Below the pieces are notes generated by a model. It did not search any database, had not been told where the DNA came from, and worked only from the letters and a program-made list of their open reading frames with translations. 64,000 nt of DNA from Candidatus Thorarchaeota archaeon (GTDB taxonomy: Archaea > Asgardarchaeota > Thorarchaeia > Thorarchaeales > Thorarchaeaceae): assembly GCA_048884965.1 (NCBI GenBank), contig JBHLQH010000003.1, forward strand, positions 35,304-99,303, in the 5' to 3' direction. Shown piece after piece: positions 9,506 through 19,798 of the stretch; positions within the stretch are counted from its first letter, which is position 1; the number at the start of each line of letters is the position of its first letter. The position numbers were made by a program, and so were the translations under genes.

Positions 9506-9796
9506 ATGGCTACTACTCAATACGAATACGAACGACGCCTTCAAATCAAGCACTTCTTTGATGATAGAGCAACTGGCGCTAAGCGCAGAACTTGGCTGGA
9601 GGTTCAATTAAGCGTTCCTAAGAAGACCTCCGAAGGCTGGGTCAATGATGGGAAGATTCGCATCACTTTGGGTGAGGACCGCGATATCAAAGGAACTTTT
9701 CTGTTGAATATAGAGGAAGCCTCTAGACTGATTAAATCACTAGAGATTGCTGTCGAAGATCATGAGAGAGAGAAAACAGCCCTCTGGAGGAGCTAG
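9506..9796 (+). CDS. Hypothetical protein, possibly PC4/Whirly-like fold
   Basis: GAGGT RBS; beta-rich N-terminus followed by a long helix (LNIEEASRLIKSLE). Confidence 0.65.
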   Translation: MATTQYEYERRLQIKHFFDDRATGAKRRTWLEVQLSVPKKTSEGWVNDGKIRITLGEDRDIKGTFLLNIEEASRLIKSLEIAVEDHEREKTALWRS

Positions 9797-9909
9797 GACC
9801 TCTTCTCTTCCTCTCTTTTTTCCAAGATTTCATGTGTGCCTAAGTCTAGAAGTAGATTAAAGAGAAAATCATGTCCAATATTATCATCTCTTCAATGAGG
9901 TGGTAGATT

Positions 9910-10815
9910 GTGGCTAATGCATCAGGGAGTTCAAACAAGGTTGTCGTATTGGTCCTTGTGGTCATTTTGGTATCTGCAGCAGGTATTTCCTATACACTTC
10001 TGCAAAACGTCGAGAATCCAAATATACCAGATGACGTGCCTTCAGAGCCGATTCTTGATATTGATGAAGCAATTGAAATCAATAATGATACCCAGTTCCA
10101 AAGCTATGTCATGGAACATTCGTTGCCTGGTACAGGGCTGCGAGATGATCCCTATGTCATAAGTGGCCTTAGCATTGTTGAGGATGGCATCTGTATTGCT
10201 ATCAGAAATGTTGAGGTAGCGTTCCTCATACAGGACTGTGCACTAAAGTCAACTTCTGATTACTGGGGAATGGCAATCTATCTTAGCAAGTGCACTAGTG
10301 CAAGGGTGGAAGGATGTAGGACGGAAGGAGGAATCTCTGGTATAGAATTCTTCCAATGCAATGATGCAGTTATTATGAACTGTTATGTCGGTTTCAGCTT
10401 CTTTGGAATCAATTCAAGCGCATCGCACCGCGCGTTCGTAAAAGGCAATACAATTTACAACACTAGCTGGGCTATCGCTGCAATTTGCTCCAATGATACA
10501 GTCTTTGAAAGTAACAGGATCCTTTACAATGAAATCGGACTTACCTCACAGTTCTCCTATAACTGCTCTATCATACTCAGCAACATGACTGACAACGTTA
10601 AGGGTGTCTTTCTTGATGTTCTCTGTCAGAACTGGACGATTTGTTATAATCGTTTTGAACGAAATGTGGATGGCAATGCGAGGGACGATGGCATCTGGAA
10701 TCAATGGGATAATGGGGACGATTTCGGGAACTACTGGGATGACTATTCTGGTGTCGGATGGTATACGATACCTGGAACTGCTGAGAGCGTGGATAGATAT
10801 CCTCAGGGTCTCTAG
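9910..10815 (+). CDS. Membrane-anchored right-handed beta-helix (NosD-like) protein
   Basis: N-terminal TM, GTGLRDDPYVISG, parallel beta-helix repeats, GNYWDDY...DRYP. Confidence 0.85.
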   Translation: MANASGSSNKVVVLVLVVILVSAAGISYTLLQNVENPNIPDDVPSEPILDIDEAIEINNDTQFQSYVMEHSLPGTGLRDDPYVISGLSIVEDGICIAIRNVEVAFLIQDCALKSTSDYWGMAIYLSKCTSARVEGCRTEGGISGIEFFQCNDAVIMNCYVGFSFFGINSSASHRAFVKGNTIYNTSWAIAAICSNDTVFESNRILYNEIGLTSQFSYNCSIILSNMTDNVKGVFLDVLCQNWTICYNRFERNVDGNARDDGIWNQWDNGDDFGNYWDDYSGVGWYTIPGTAESVDRYPQGL

Positions 10816-10880
10816 CGATAAACATGCGTCATCTGCTCTGGTCAGAGGATTTTTCTGACATTGCAGCAATCAAACAAGCT

Positions 10881-11999
10881 ATGACATCGATGGGGGAACC
10901 GTTACTAAGAGTTGAGAACCTTCGTGCATACCACACCTCTCAGAAGGGATTGGTGCGGGCTGTTGATGACATCAGTTTCGATATTCATCCCGGAGAAGCA
11001 GTCGGTATTCTAGGTGAATCAGGTGCTGGTAAGACTTCGGTTGCCCTGTCCATACTTGGCATGTTCGAGAAGATGTCCCGATATTATGCTAGCTCGGCAG
11101 CAAATGAGGAGAATAAACGGATTTGGTCTCTGAGGGACGAAGCTAGACGAAAAGGTTTGACATCCAAAGAAATGGGTGAAACCCTTCCCGGAGTGGAGGG
11201 ACATATTTGGTTCAAGGGACAGGATCTTCTGTCATTGGCTGAAGAAGATCTGCGACACATCAGAGGTGAAAGGATATCTTACGTACCACAGGGCACTTCC
11301 AAATCTCTTAATCCATCATTATCAATAGAGTACCAGACCGGTGAACCCCTCAAGATTCATTATGGGAAGCCGATTAATCAAGACGTAGCTCGACAGGTGC
11401 TTGACCTTTTGGACCTCGTTGATCTTGGCGATATGCAGGTGAGGAAGGATATGTTTCCCACAGATTTCAGCACAGGAGAGGATCAACGTGTTCTCATCGC
11501 GACTTCATTGATCACTGAGCCTGATTTGTTAATCACAGATGAGCCCACAACTGCTGTAGATGGAGCAGTGCGATACAAGATTCTATCAGCTATCAATCAT
11601 GCTAGAAAACAGCTTGGGCTTACATTGTTGATGATAACCAATGACGCAGGTATCGTAACTGAAACCTGTGATAAAATCGGCGTGATGTCATCCGGTAGAA
11701 TGATGGAATTTGGCGATGCAATCACCATCCTCAAGGCTCCGTTACACCCCTTCACAAGAGCCTATCATATGACCAATCCCTCGATGGATATGATTAGACG
11801 TCTTCGTGAGAAAGGTCTCCTTATCAAGGGTATTCCTGGCTCTCCACCAAGCGCTGTCAACTTACCCTCTGGCTGTCCTTTCCACACACGTTGTGAATAC
11901 TCAACTGGTTTATGCAGGGAAGAGGTCCCTGAATATCGGGAAATCGAGAAAGATCACTGGGTCTTTTGCCATCATAGTGAGGACCTTCCTGAGTTCTAA
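10881..11999 (+). CDS. Oligopeptide-type ABC ATP-binding protein (OppD/DppD-like) with degenerate motifs
   Basis: GESGAGKT, LLITDEPTT, HPFT, GCPFHTRC. Signature reads FSTGEDQR and the H-loop reads ITND. Confidence 0.9.
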   Translation: MTSMGEPLLRVENLRAYHTSQKGLVRAVDDISFDIHPGEAVGILGESGAGKTSVALSILGMFEKMSRYYASSAANEENKRIWSLRDEARRKGLTSKEMGETLPGVEGHIWFKGQDLLSLAEEDLRHIRGERISYVPQGTSKSLNPSLSIEYQTGEPLKIHYGKPINQDVARQVLDLLDLVDLGDMQVRKDMFPTDFSTGEDQRVLIATSLITEPDLLITDEPTTAVDGAVRYKILSAINHARKQLGLTLLMITNDAGIVTETCDKIGVMSSGRMMEFGDAITILKAPLHPFTRAYHMTNPSMDMIRRLREKGLLIKGIPGSPPSAVNLPSGCPFHTRCEYSTGLCREEVPEYREIEKDHWVFCHHSEDLPEF

Positions 12000-12003
12000 T
12001 ACA

Positions 12004-12026
12004 GAAGGGTTTCGTCTAACCCCTTC
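12004..12026. terminator. Hairpin between convergent genes
   Basis: GAAGGGTT...AACCCCTTC. Confidence 0.4.
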
Positions 12027-12030
12027 CGAA

Positions 12031-12678
12031 CTAGATTTTGGTCTTTGCCTCCGCTATCCAAGCTTTGACCTTTTCAAGAGTGAATTTGTATCCTGCAGGG
12101 ACCTCCACCATGCCCTTTTGCACGGCCTTGTTGATTTCTGCTAGGAGTTCCGCAGGGTCTGAACTGGCTAGCTTCTTGAGTTCACGCATCCCTGTCGCAA
12201 AGACAATCGCTTCTGCATCCTCCTCAGAAATTGAATCGAGCCATGCGAATTGACTCATTGCGATCCATCTTTCAGCTTGACGAGTGGTGACACCGCAAGC
12301 CTCCTTTACCTTCTCTGGTGAGGCTTTCATCATGTCCGCAACTGTGCCAATTCCGACACTACGGAGCATCTTGCCATAGGAAGGTCCTATTCCTTCGATG
12401 GTTTCTATTGGAAGATTGGTCAATGGCGCTTCAGGAATGACTACCTCTGGGATGTGCTCTTCTTCATGTGTTTCTACGTGTTCATCAAGCAGGTCCTCGA
12501 CATCGATGAAATCCTCATACATCAAGTAGACCCCGATTGGAATTGCCATTGCAACCACAAGTAGTCCCAACGAGATTGTCTGATCAATCCGCCAGAACAA
12601 TAACGAGATTGCACCTATTATGATTCCAATAACAATGGCTATCAGAAATTTCCTGTTCGCAGATAGTCCTGAACTCAA
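12031..12678 (-). CDS. Two-TM protein with a helix-hairpin-helix (DUF4332-like) domain
   Basis: IETIEGIGPSYGKMLRSVGIGTVADM...VKAWIAEAK. Confidence 0.8.
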   Translation of the reverse strand: MSSGLSANRKFLIAIVIGIIIGAISLLFWRIDQTISLGLLVVAMAIPIGVYLMYEDFIDVEDLLDEHVETHEEEHIPEVVIPEAPLTNLPIETIEGIGPSYGKMLRSVGIGTVADMMKASPEKVKEACGVTTRQAERWIAMSQFAWLDSISEEDAEAIVFATGMRELKKLASSDPAELLAEINKAVQKGMVEVPAGYKFTLEKVKAWIAEAKTKI

Positions 12679-12889
12679 CTCACGCTACCTCATTTTCTAA
12701 TGCTTACACTGATAGTGCACATATCCTGTTATTACTTGTGTGTTGAGGTATAGAATTAGGTTATGGAAATCATGAATCGGCGAGAATCCCTATTCTTTCT
12801 AGAAATCACTATAATTATCGAAACAAAGTAAATATGAGGTGGAGTGAATATCAATCCATTATGTTTTCTTAAGCTGGGTTGATCTGACT

Positions 12890-14902
12890 ATGTTTGAAAC
12901 TCCTGAACAACTCATGTCCGTAGGAAAATACCGAGAAGCTCTGTCCTACTTGAGAGAACTCTCTGCAGGATCCTTAGGTATTGTTGATGACTTGAAGTGC
13001 AGGAGATTAATTAGCGATTGTCTGCGTTCTATTGGAGAATATACTGAATCTCTTAATCTATCTCAACAGCTCATTGACAATAGTGAGTCACTTTCTGAAA
13101 GCTATTGGATCCAAATCGATGCAATGATTCAGAAATCGCATGCTATGCTTCATCTTAACCGATTTGACGAAGCACTTGAAAATATAGAACTGACTACCGC
13201 CTTGCTAGACACATACGAGGTCATTCCTCGAAAAGCAAAGCTTCTACGGCTTAAGGGATGGATCAAGCTTCGACAAGGTCATACTGATGAAGCTTTAGAA
13301 TGCGCTGAAAGGGCAATGGATATTGGTGAAGAAACCGAGGACCTAGAAATAATTGCTTACTCATGCCAATTATTTGGTGCAATATATAGTTTGAAGTGTG
13401 ACTTTAATCGAGCTTTAGAGTATAACAAAAGAGGTTTGCAGATTCGAGAGCATCAAGGACACAAGCCGCTCACCATCGATTTTCATAACAACATAGGTGC
13501 GTTGTATACAGAATGTGGTAAGCTGGATCTAGCATTGCAACACTATAAGGAATCTCAAGTGTTAATCGAAGAATCTGGAGATACAGCTAGGACCGCAGTA
13601 AATATCGGCAATATTGGATTCGTACATTACCTATTGGGGGATCTAGACAAAGCTCTAGATTTCACAGAGCAGTCGTTGAATCTTGCGAGAGAATCAAATG
13701 ATCGAATGTTACTTGCACTTAGGTTAGTAACAATTGGCAGAATCTACAGAGAACTCGGTAGTTTTGATATGGCACTTGATTTTCTAGAGAACGGTCTAAA
13801 GTTCCACAACGAAATCGGGATGGCACTTGAAGCGTTTCAGGATATTTTTGAACTTGTAGTCACTGCAATCGAAAGCAATTCAATTGATGAGGCGAACGAA
13901 TATCTTGCAAGACTTCGTAATGCAGAGAGGAATTTGGATGCGCCATGGACCGAAGGGGTACTAGACTTGGCTGAGGCTCTTGTCCTCAAGACAAAAGGCA
14001 GGACGCGAGATCAAGCGAAGATAGAAGAGTTGTTGTTCAAAGTAGCATATCGGGAAACAATGAGCTCGCGTTTCAGAATCCTAGCTCTGCTAAATCTATG
14101 CGGTCTGTTAATGGAGCAGCTTAGGGAATCCGAGGATCCTGAGTTCCTACAGGAAGTTAGAGCTCATCTTGGTGTTCTATCTGAGATTGCAAAAAGTCAG
14201 AGCTCGACTTGGCTACTTGTAGAGAGTGTCGTATTGGAATCAAAGCTTGCTCTTTTGGAATCAGATTTTCGAGAGGCCCGTCGTCTATTGACCCGAGCTC
14301 AACGAATAGCTGGCGAGAACGGACTTGGTCGGCTAGTAATTAAGATCTCGAATGAGCACGACCGATTATTGGATGCAGAATCAAATTGGAGTGCACTCGA
14401 TCAGGAGTCTAAAATGAACGAGCGTATTGAATTTGCAAAGATAGATGAACAGTTCAGTGAAATGTTCCGGAGAGGATTGATTGAGGAATCGGAACTGCCT
14501 GAAGAAGAGCCTGTGATGGTCATGCTTTTGTCTGAAGGCGGTCTTTGCTTTTATTCTAAGACTTTTGCCGCACCAACAAAAGTCAGTGAGCATATGATTG
14601 CTGGATTCCTAAATGCAATCCAAGGTTTTACTGATGAAATCTTCTCTCAATCCCTTGACCGAATTAAATTGGAGTCGTATACCTTGCTTGTACGACCGGA
14701 AGAACCGTTTACCTATTGCTATGTCTTCAAAGGACAATCATACACTGCTCTTCAAAAACTGTCAAAGTTCATCGAAATCATTCCGCAGAAACCCGGAGTA
14801 TGGCTACCACTACTTGAATGCATAGAAACCAAACACACTTTGGATTCCGAAATTCAGGCTTCGCTTGATTGCCTTATAGAAGAAGTGTTCTTGGCTACAT
14901 GA
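12890..14902 (+). CDS. TPR-repeat protein with a C-terminal longin-like domain
   Basis: Repeats such as NNIGALY..CGKLDLALQHY and NIGFVHYLLGDLDKAL; C-terminus VMLLSEGGLCFYSKTF...IAGFLNAIQGFTDEIF. Confidence 0.88.
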   Translation: MFETPEQLMSVGKYREALSYLRELSAGSLGIVDDLKCRRLISDCLRSIGEYTESLNLSQQLIDNSESLSESYWIQIDAMIQKSHAMLHLNRFDEALENIELTTALLDTYEVIPRKAKLLRLKGWIKLRQGHTDEALECAERAMDIGEETEDLEIIAYSCQLFGAIYSLKCDFNRALEYNKRGLQIREHQGHKPLTIDFHNNIGALYTECGKLDLALQHYKESQVLIEESGDTARTAVNIGNIGFVHYLLGDLDKALDFTEQSLNLARESNDRMLLALRLVTIGRIYRELGSFDMALDFLENGLKFHNEIGMALEAFQDIFELVVTAIESNSIDEANEYLARLRNAERNLDAPWTEGVLDLAEALVLKTKGRTRDQAKIEELLFKVAYRETMSSRFRILALLNLCGLLMEQLRESEDPEFLQEVRAHLGVLSEIAKSQSSTWLLVESVVLESKLALLESDFREARRLLTRAQRIAGENGLGRLVIKISNEHDRLLDAESNWSALDQESKMNERIEFAKIDEQFSEMFRRGLIEESELPEEEPVMVMLLSEGGLCFYSKTFAAPTKVSEHMIAGFLNAIQGFTDEIFSQSLDRIKLESYTLLVRPEEPFTYCYVFKGQSYTALQKLSKFIEIIPQKPGVWLPLLECIETKHTLDSEIQASLDCLIEEVFLAT

Positions 14903-15064
14903 CTGATTTTTTTTGGGTCGGGTGTTTCCGATGTCAATCTATTCTTTTTTGGAACCTACTACATGTCCAAATGGGAAACACTCCCTGCTAATAGTTGTGT
15001 GCTGAGATACAGAAGTGGATTAATAGAAACCATTTACTAATATCATTCTATTAATTGATAGTGA

Positions 15065-16969
15065 GTGGTGCATATGGTCGGGAGAATTGGAAGACTGCTC
15101 TTTGTCCTTCTTTTGCTGATTGGAATCATCCTTCAGCCAGTTATAGCAACCGATGAGCTCGTCAACTCATTGCCTGAGCATGTTGGTCCCTTTGTGAATA
15201 AGATTGACTACCAAATCATATCACAAGACGATCAACAGGTGCTGGCGCTCGAAGACGATGAAATCGATATGATTGGCGATTTCATCGATCCCGCCTTTCT
15301 CGGCACATTTGAAAGTGATATCCGAGTGGCAAATACCCTTCGCAATGGCTATGGCTATTTCACTATTAACTGTGCTAAATACCCATTGAACATCACTGCA
15401 TTTCGTCGTGCGTTCGCCTTCGCTCTGGATAAGGAGCGAATCTCCGATGAGGTCTGGGACGGTCTCTCTACCCCTCTAGACTCTTTTGTTCCTGTGATTA
15501 ATCCCTTCTCCATTGAAGGCCAACTATCATATGATTACTACAGTGCTAATCCAGATTTTGCTAACCAGTTGTTGGATGAGGCAGGATTCCTAGACATAGA
15601 TGATGATGAATATCGAGAGGCACCTGATGGCTCTGACTTTGGAATCATCATTAAGGACTCTGTACCTACCAACATCGCAATTGACACCTGCAATATAGCT
15701 AAGGAGGCTCTTGAGTCGCTTCATGTAGATGTCACCTATGCTCCTACCGATTTCTGGGAGTATCCTCCTGCGTATCAGACTCCCTCCTATGATATCGCAT
15801 TCTTGGGCACATCATTCAATGACTTTGACGTGGACTGGCTCGCATATGAGTATTGGTCTGAGAATGCAGAGTATCAATATCAGAACTATCCAAGGTGGAA
15901 GAACGCGACATATGATTCGTGGAGAGAGCAGCTTCTCCATTCCATCTCGTTTGGCCAAGTCTATGAGGCTGCTGCTGAGATGCAGAAGATCTTGGTGTAC
16001 GAATGTCCTGCAGTGATTTGCTATGAGAACATATATCTCACAGCCTATAGGTGGGATCGCTTCACAGGATTTGTCAATGATGTGAACAAGGGAGTTCCTT
16101 GTTGGTGGACCAACTATAGGGTCCATCTGCTGGATGATTTAGGAGGACCCTTTGGTGGTACATTACGTTGGAGCAGCACCTTGGACGTCGATACGTTCAA
16201 TTTCATGCAGAGCAATTCTGCCTATACTCTCAACGTACTGCAGATGCTCTATGATAGTCTTCTTCGTCAGGATTCGGGTGGTCATGATCTCCCTTGGCTT
16301 GTGGACTCCTATTCTATTGAAACCCATCAGGATAACACCAACGTGCCTGAAGGTCATACTAGGCTGACATTTGAGATCCTTCATAATATTACATGGACGG
16401 ATGGGATGCCACTTACCGGGGATGATGTGGCATTCTCATTGAATTACTACCATGACGCTCCAGGGAATCCCTACGGCCGTGATTTAGGTGAAATGATTGT
16501 TGCCTATGCCCCAAATCCGTATCGAGTGATTGTAGAGTTCGGGAATGAATCTTTTTGGTTTCTCCATACTGTTGGCTACAAGTCAATTATCCCCAAGCAT
16601 GTATTCGAGGAGGTCGGTATTGAGAATTGGAACTCATGGAACCCTAATCCACCGAATGAGGTAATGGTCACCTCTGGTCCATTCAATATCTCTGACTATG
16701 AGCCTGGTGAACGTATCGAGTTGACGAGAAATGCCAACTACTTCCGTGTTCCTCAAACAGATGATCTCTCGGATACAAGTGATACTAATCCCGACAATCC
16801 TTCAGATGTGATGTTTGGGATTCCACTCATACACATATTCGTGACAATTCCAAGCATAGTAGTGATAGTTCTGATTGGGATAAAGTGGAAGCTCGAGACC
16901 GGTACACAGTATGTCCACTTGATTGGGGATATGGGCAAGCATCATAGCTTGTTTGACTTTCGAGTATAG
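15065..16969 (+). CDS. ABC solute-binding protein, family 5, circularly permuted, with C-terminal membrane anchor
   Basis: Signal peptide; INCAKYPLN..FRRAFAFALDK; GGTLRW; WTDGMPLTGDDVAFS; VTSGPF; C-terminal TM. Confidence 0.9.
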   Translation: MVHMVGRIGRLLFVLLLLIGIILQPVIATDELVNSLPEHVGPFVNKIDYQIISQDDQQVLALEDDEIDMIGDFIDPAFLGTFESDIRVANTLRNGYGYFTINCAKYPLNITAFRRAFAFALDKERISDEVWDGLSTPLDSFVPVINPFSIEGQLSYDYYSANPDFANQLLDEAGFLDIDDDEYREAPDGSDFGIIIKDSVPTNIAIDTCNIAKEALESLHVDVTYAPTDFWEYPPAYQTPSYDIAFLGTSFNDFDVDWLAYEYWSENAEYQYQNYPRWKNATYDSWREQLLHSISFGQVYEAAAEMQKILVYECPAVICYENIYLTAYRWDRFTGFVNDVNKGVPCWWTNYRVHLLDDLGGPFGGTLRWSSTLDVDTFNFMQSNSAYTLNVLQMLYDSLLRQDSGGHDLPWLVDSYSIETHQDNTNVPEGHTRLTFEILHNITWTDGMPLTGDDVAFSLNYYHDAPGNPYGRDLGEMIVAYAPNPYRVIVEFGNESFWFLHTVGYKSIIPKHVFEEVGIENWNSWNPNPPNEVMVTSGPFNISDYEPGERIELTRNANYFRVPQTDDLSDTSDTNPDNPSDVMFGIPLIHIFVTIPSIVVIVLIGIKWKLETGTQYVHLIGDMGKHHSLFDFRV

Positions 16970-16993
16970 AGTGCTAGAGAGGGAGATAAGGAA

Positions 16994-18838
16994 ATGAAAG
17001 ATCGAGAAAGATGGATTCTTTCAGCGTCCGTCTTGGTGATTTGTCTTTTGATCCCATTTTCGTCAGCAGGACAGACTCTTGATTCTCTATCTATGAAAGC
17101 GGGTCCTTTTCTCGACCACGTTCGATATCAGGTAATCTCCAATGAGGAACAACTGATACAAGCTTTGATGGATGATGAAATCGACCTGATCGGAGATACA
17201 ATCAACACCTCGTATGTTGATACACTTGTAGAAGTTGAGAACATCGAAATAGGATCAACTCTTCGGAATGGCTATGGATATCTATCGATCAATTGCGAAA
17301 AATACCCATTGAACATCACAGAGTTTAGACGTGCTTTTGCTTTTGCCTTGGACAAGGAGCGACTATGTGAGGAGGTGTTCGATGGATTCGCTTTTCCCCA
17401 GGACTCGTGTGTTCCGCGAATCAATCCGTTCTCAGTTGAGGGTCTGTTGGATTATTCATACTATGAATCTGATATCGAATACGCAGATTATCTTCTTGAT
17501 ACTGCTGGATTCCTAGATGTCGATGATGATGGGTACAGGGAGGCTCCAGATGGCTCTGATTTCAATATTCTCATCGAAGCTGATCAGAGTTCTCCCATTT
17601 CCGTGCAGATCGGGGAGATCGCATCAGAAACACTACAGAATTTGGGTGTGGATGCGGTTTCTGTACCGTCGGATTTCTACGAGTATCTAAACCACAACTG
17701 GTGGCATTTGATGAGATCTTATGACATCGTCTATCTAGGAAGCTCATTCACCAACTTCGATGTTGACTGGCTTGCCTACGAGTACTGGTCCGAGTACGCA
17801 GATGAGCCCTACTGGAACTTCCCCCATTGGCGAAACGCTACCTATGACAGCTGGCGTGATCAGCTCCTCCGTGCAACTAACTACGATGATGTCTATGCAG
17901 CGGCCATCGAGATGCAGAAGATCTGGATCTATGATTGTCCAATGGTCATCTGCTGTGAGGAAGAGCTACTATCAGCTTACAGAACTGACCACATCGATGG
18001 CATTGTCAATGACGCGAGATATGGCGCATCTGGATGGTGGACGAACTACCGGACATTTTTGAAATATTCCTATAATTTGTACTATGGAGGAACCCTTCGG
18101 ATTGGCATGCTCCTTGGAGTGGACACATTCAACTTTATGTTATACTCTTCGATTTACACCAAGAAGGTTCTCGATAATCTCTATGATAGTCTAATCCGAC
18201 AATCTCCAGATGGGACAGATTTTCCGTGGTTAGCGACTTCTTACTTCTTCGAAACGCATGAAGACAATCCTGCAATTCAGGAAGGCCATACACGAATCTT
18301 CTTCACTATCATTGAGAATGCTACATGGTCTGATGGCACACCCCTGACTGCTTTGGACGTCGCGTATACTATGAACTACTATCGTGACGCTCCTGGAAAT
18401 CCTTACGGAGCGGATCTATCTGAAATGACCGCGGCATACAATATTTCCAATCATCAGGTAATCATCGAGTTCAATTCCGAGTCTTATTGGCATATTCATA
18501 CTATCGGGTACAAGCCCATAATACCAAAACATGTCTTCGAGGTGATAGGTCTTGATTACTGGAATTCGTGGAATCCATCCCCTCCGGAAGAGGACATGGT
18601 CACATCGGGTCCGTACAATATTACAGACCAAGTACCTGATGAGTATGTAGAACTATCAAGGAATAGGAACTACTTCTACACTCCCCGTGATTTATTATCA
18701 ACAGAGTTGAATCCTAGTGAATCAATTCCTACAGATGCTGGACCGATTCCTCTTCAACACCTCTTTGTGACCATACCCAGTGTGATTGTGATTATCGCCG
18801 TAGCAATCAAATGGAAACGGGACTCATCAGCCATGTAG
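16994..18838 (+). CDS. ABC solute-binding protein, family 5, tandem paralog with the same permuted order
   Basis: Same motif series as 15065-16969. Confidence 0.9.
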   Translation: MKDRERWILSASVLVICLLIPFSSAGQTLDSLSMKAGPFLDHVRYQVISNEEQLIQALMDDEIDLIGDTINTSYVDTLVEVENIEIGSTLRNGYGYLSINCEKYPLNITEFRRAFAFALDKERLCEEVFDGFAFPQDSCVPRINPFSVEGLLDYSYYESDIEYADYLLDTAGFLDVDDDGYREAPDGSDFNILIEADQSSPISVQIGEIASETLQNLGVDAVSVPSDFYEYLNHNWWHLMRSYDIVYLGSSFTNFDVDWLAYEYWSEYADEPYWNFPHWRNATYDSWRDQLLRATNYDDVYAAAIEMQKIWIYDCPMVICCEEELLSAYRTDHIDGIVNDARYGASGWWTNYRTFLKYSYNLYYGGTLRIGMLLGVDTFNFMLYSSIYTKKVLDNLYDSLIRQSPDGTDFPWLATSYFFETHEDNPAIQEGHTRIFFTIIENATWSDGTPLTALDVAYTMNYYRDAPGNPYGADLSEMTAAYNISNHQVIIEFNSESYWHIHTIGYKPIIPKHVFEVIGLDYWNSWNPSPPEEDMVTSGPYNITDQVPDEYVELSRNRNYFYTPRDLLSTELNPSESIPTDAGPIPLQHLFVTIPSVIVIIAVAIKWKRDSSAM

Positions 18839-18842
18839 CCCA

Positions 18843-19196
18843 TCAATCCTCATCTGCTACTACATCGCTTGGTTGCGACAATGGAGAGTCATCTTCTCCT
18901 GCAAGACTAGGATACTCCACATCTGTGCCCTCATTATGTACACGTATCATAGATATCCACCCCATTGGTATGATACTGGAGTGGATTGGTCGTCGAGGTC
19001 CTACGATGAAGAAATCCTCTCCAACATAGATGATACGAACGCCATGGGTTTCTCCTACCATTTCCTCTCTATCATCCATATGCCCGTATGCATTTGAACA
19101 AAGATACACGTCAACTACTGCCTCGGATTGTGCCAAGTAGTTCAACATTTGCCGCCAGTTCTCTCCATATTGTAGTGTATCGGTGGTGCTCGCCAT
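18843..19196 (-). CDS. Hypothetical protein, possibly Sm/Hfq-like beta fold
   Basis: Helix then beta strands: GVRIIYVGEDFFIV...IIPMGWISMI. Confidence 0.55.
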   Translation of the reverse strand: MASTTDTLQYGENWRQMLNYLAQSEAVVDVYLCSNAYGHMDDREEMVGETHGVRIIYVGEDFFIVGPRRPIHSSIIPMGWISMIRVHNEGTDVEYPSLAGEDDSPLSQPSDVVADED

Positions 19197-19311
19197 CTTT
19201 TCATTCCTAGAGGTGGTCCCTCTGTGTTCAATTCCTCGTGAGCATATATAGTAAAGATGAATGCGGGTAGGATTTCCTCAAAATGATACGTATGGCAAAA
19301 GTTGCCTATCT

Positions 19312-19644
19312 TTAATCTCTGTCATGTAATTGGTGACGGATCCAGTCGAGTGGTGCACGAAGTAAAAGTCGGGGACCTGAGAACCGCATAACGCGTCTGA
19401 TTCGTTCACGCATCTCTGGTCGATAGCAATGCTTCTCACATTTCCTGCATGTTGGCTTGAGTTCACCATATGTACAATGGTCTAACCTATGATGGGAATA
19501 TCTCAAGAGGTCTTGGCAGCTTGCACAAAGGGTGCCTGGTGTGGAGTCGTGCTTCTTTTCGCAGTATAGATGAATCATGTTGTAGACTACTTCTTTCTCC
19601 TTGGCAATCACTGGCCCCTCTTTCGGTTCTAGGTTCTCGCTCAT
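19312..19644 (-). CDS. YgbA (nitrous-oxide-stimulated promoter) family protein
   Basis: MIHLYC..KH, LCASCQDLLRY..RLDHC..KPTCRKC.KHCY, VMRFSGPRLL. Confidence 0.9.
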   Translation of the reverse strand: MSENLEPKEGPVIAKEKEVVYNMIHLYCEKKHDSTPGTLCASCQDLLRYSHHRLDHCTYGELKPTCRKCEKHCYRPEMRERIRRVMRFSGPRLLLRAPLDWIRHQLHDRD

Positions 19645-19717
19645 CTGTATCCCTTTTCGTCATTTATAGAACTGATATTAACGCTAGTCTGAGTGCAAAA
19701 ATCATGAAACAAGAAGC

Positions 19718-19798
19718 TGGTGGGAGCCAGCAAGGCGTCATTGGGTGTGGTACATTTGGTAGGTGCGTACCATGACTGTCCCTACGAGCAACCCACCA
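19718..19798 (-). ncRNA. Candidate ~80-nt structured small RNA of unknown family
   Basis: Terminal stem TGGTGGG/CCCACCA with nested stems GTAGGG/CCTTGC, GTCAT/ATGAC and GGTAC/GTACC. BRE/TATA-like AAAAACCCTTTAGTA about 25 nt upstream and T-rich tract downstream. Confidence 0.5.

Noticed and set aside
19718-19798. tRNA, because both strands end in CCCACCA
   Set aside because: No T-loop (GTTCRA), D arm or cloverleaf
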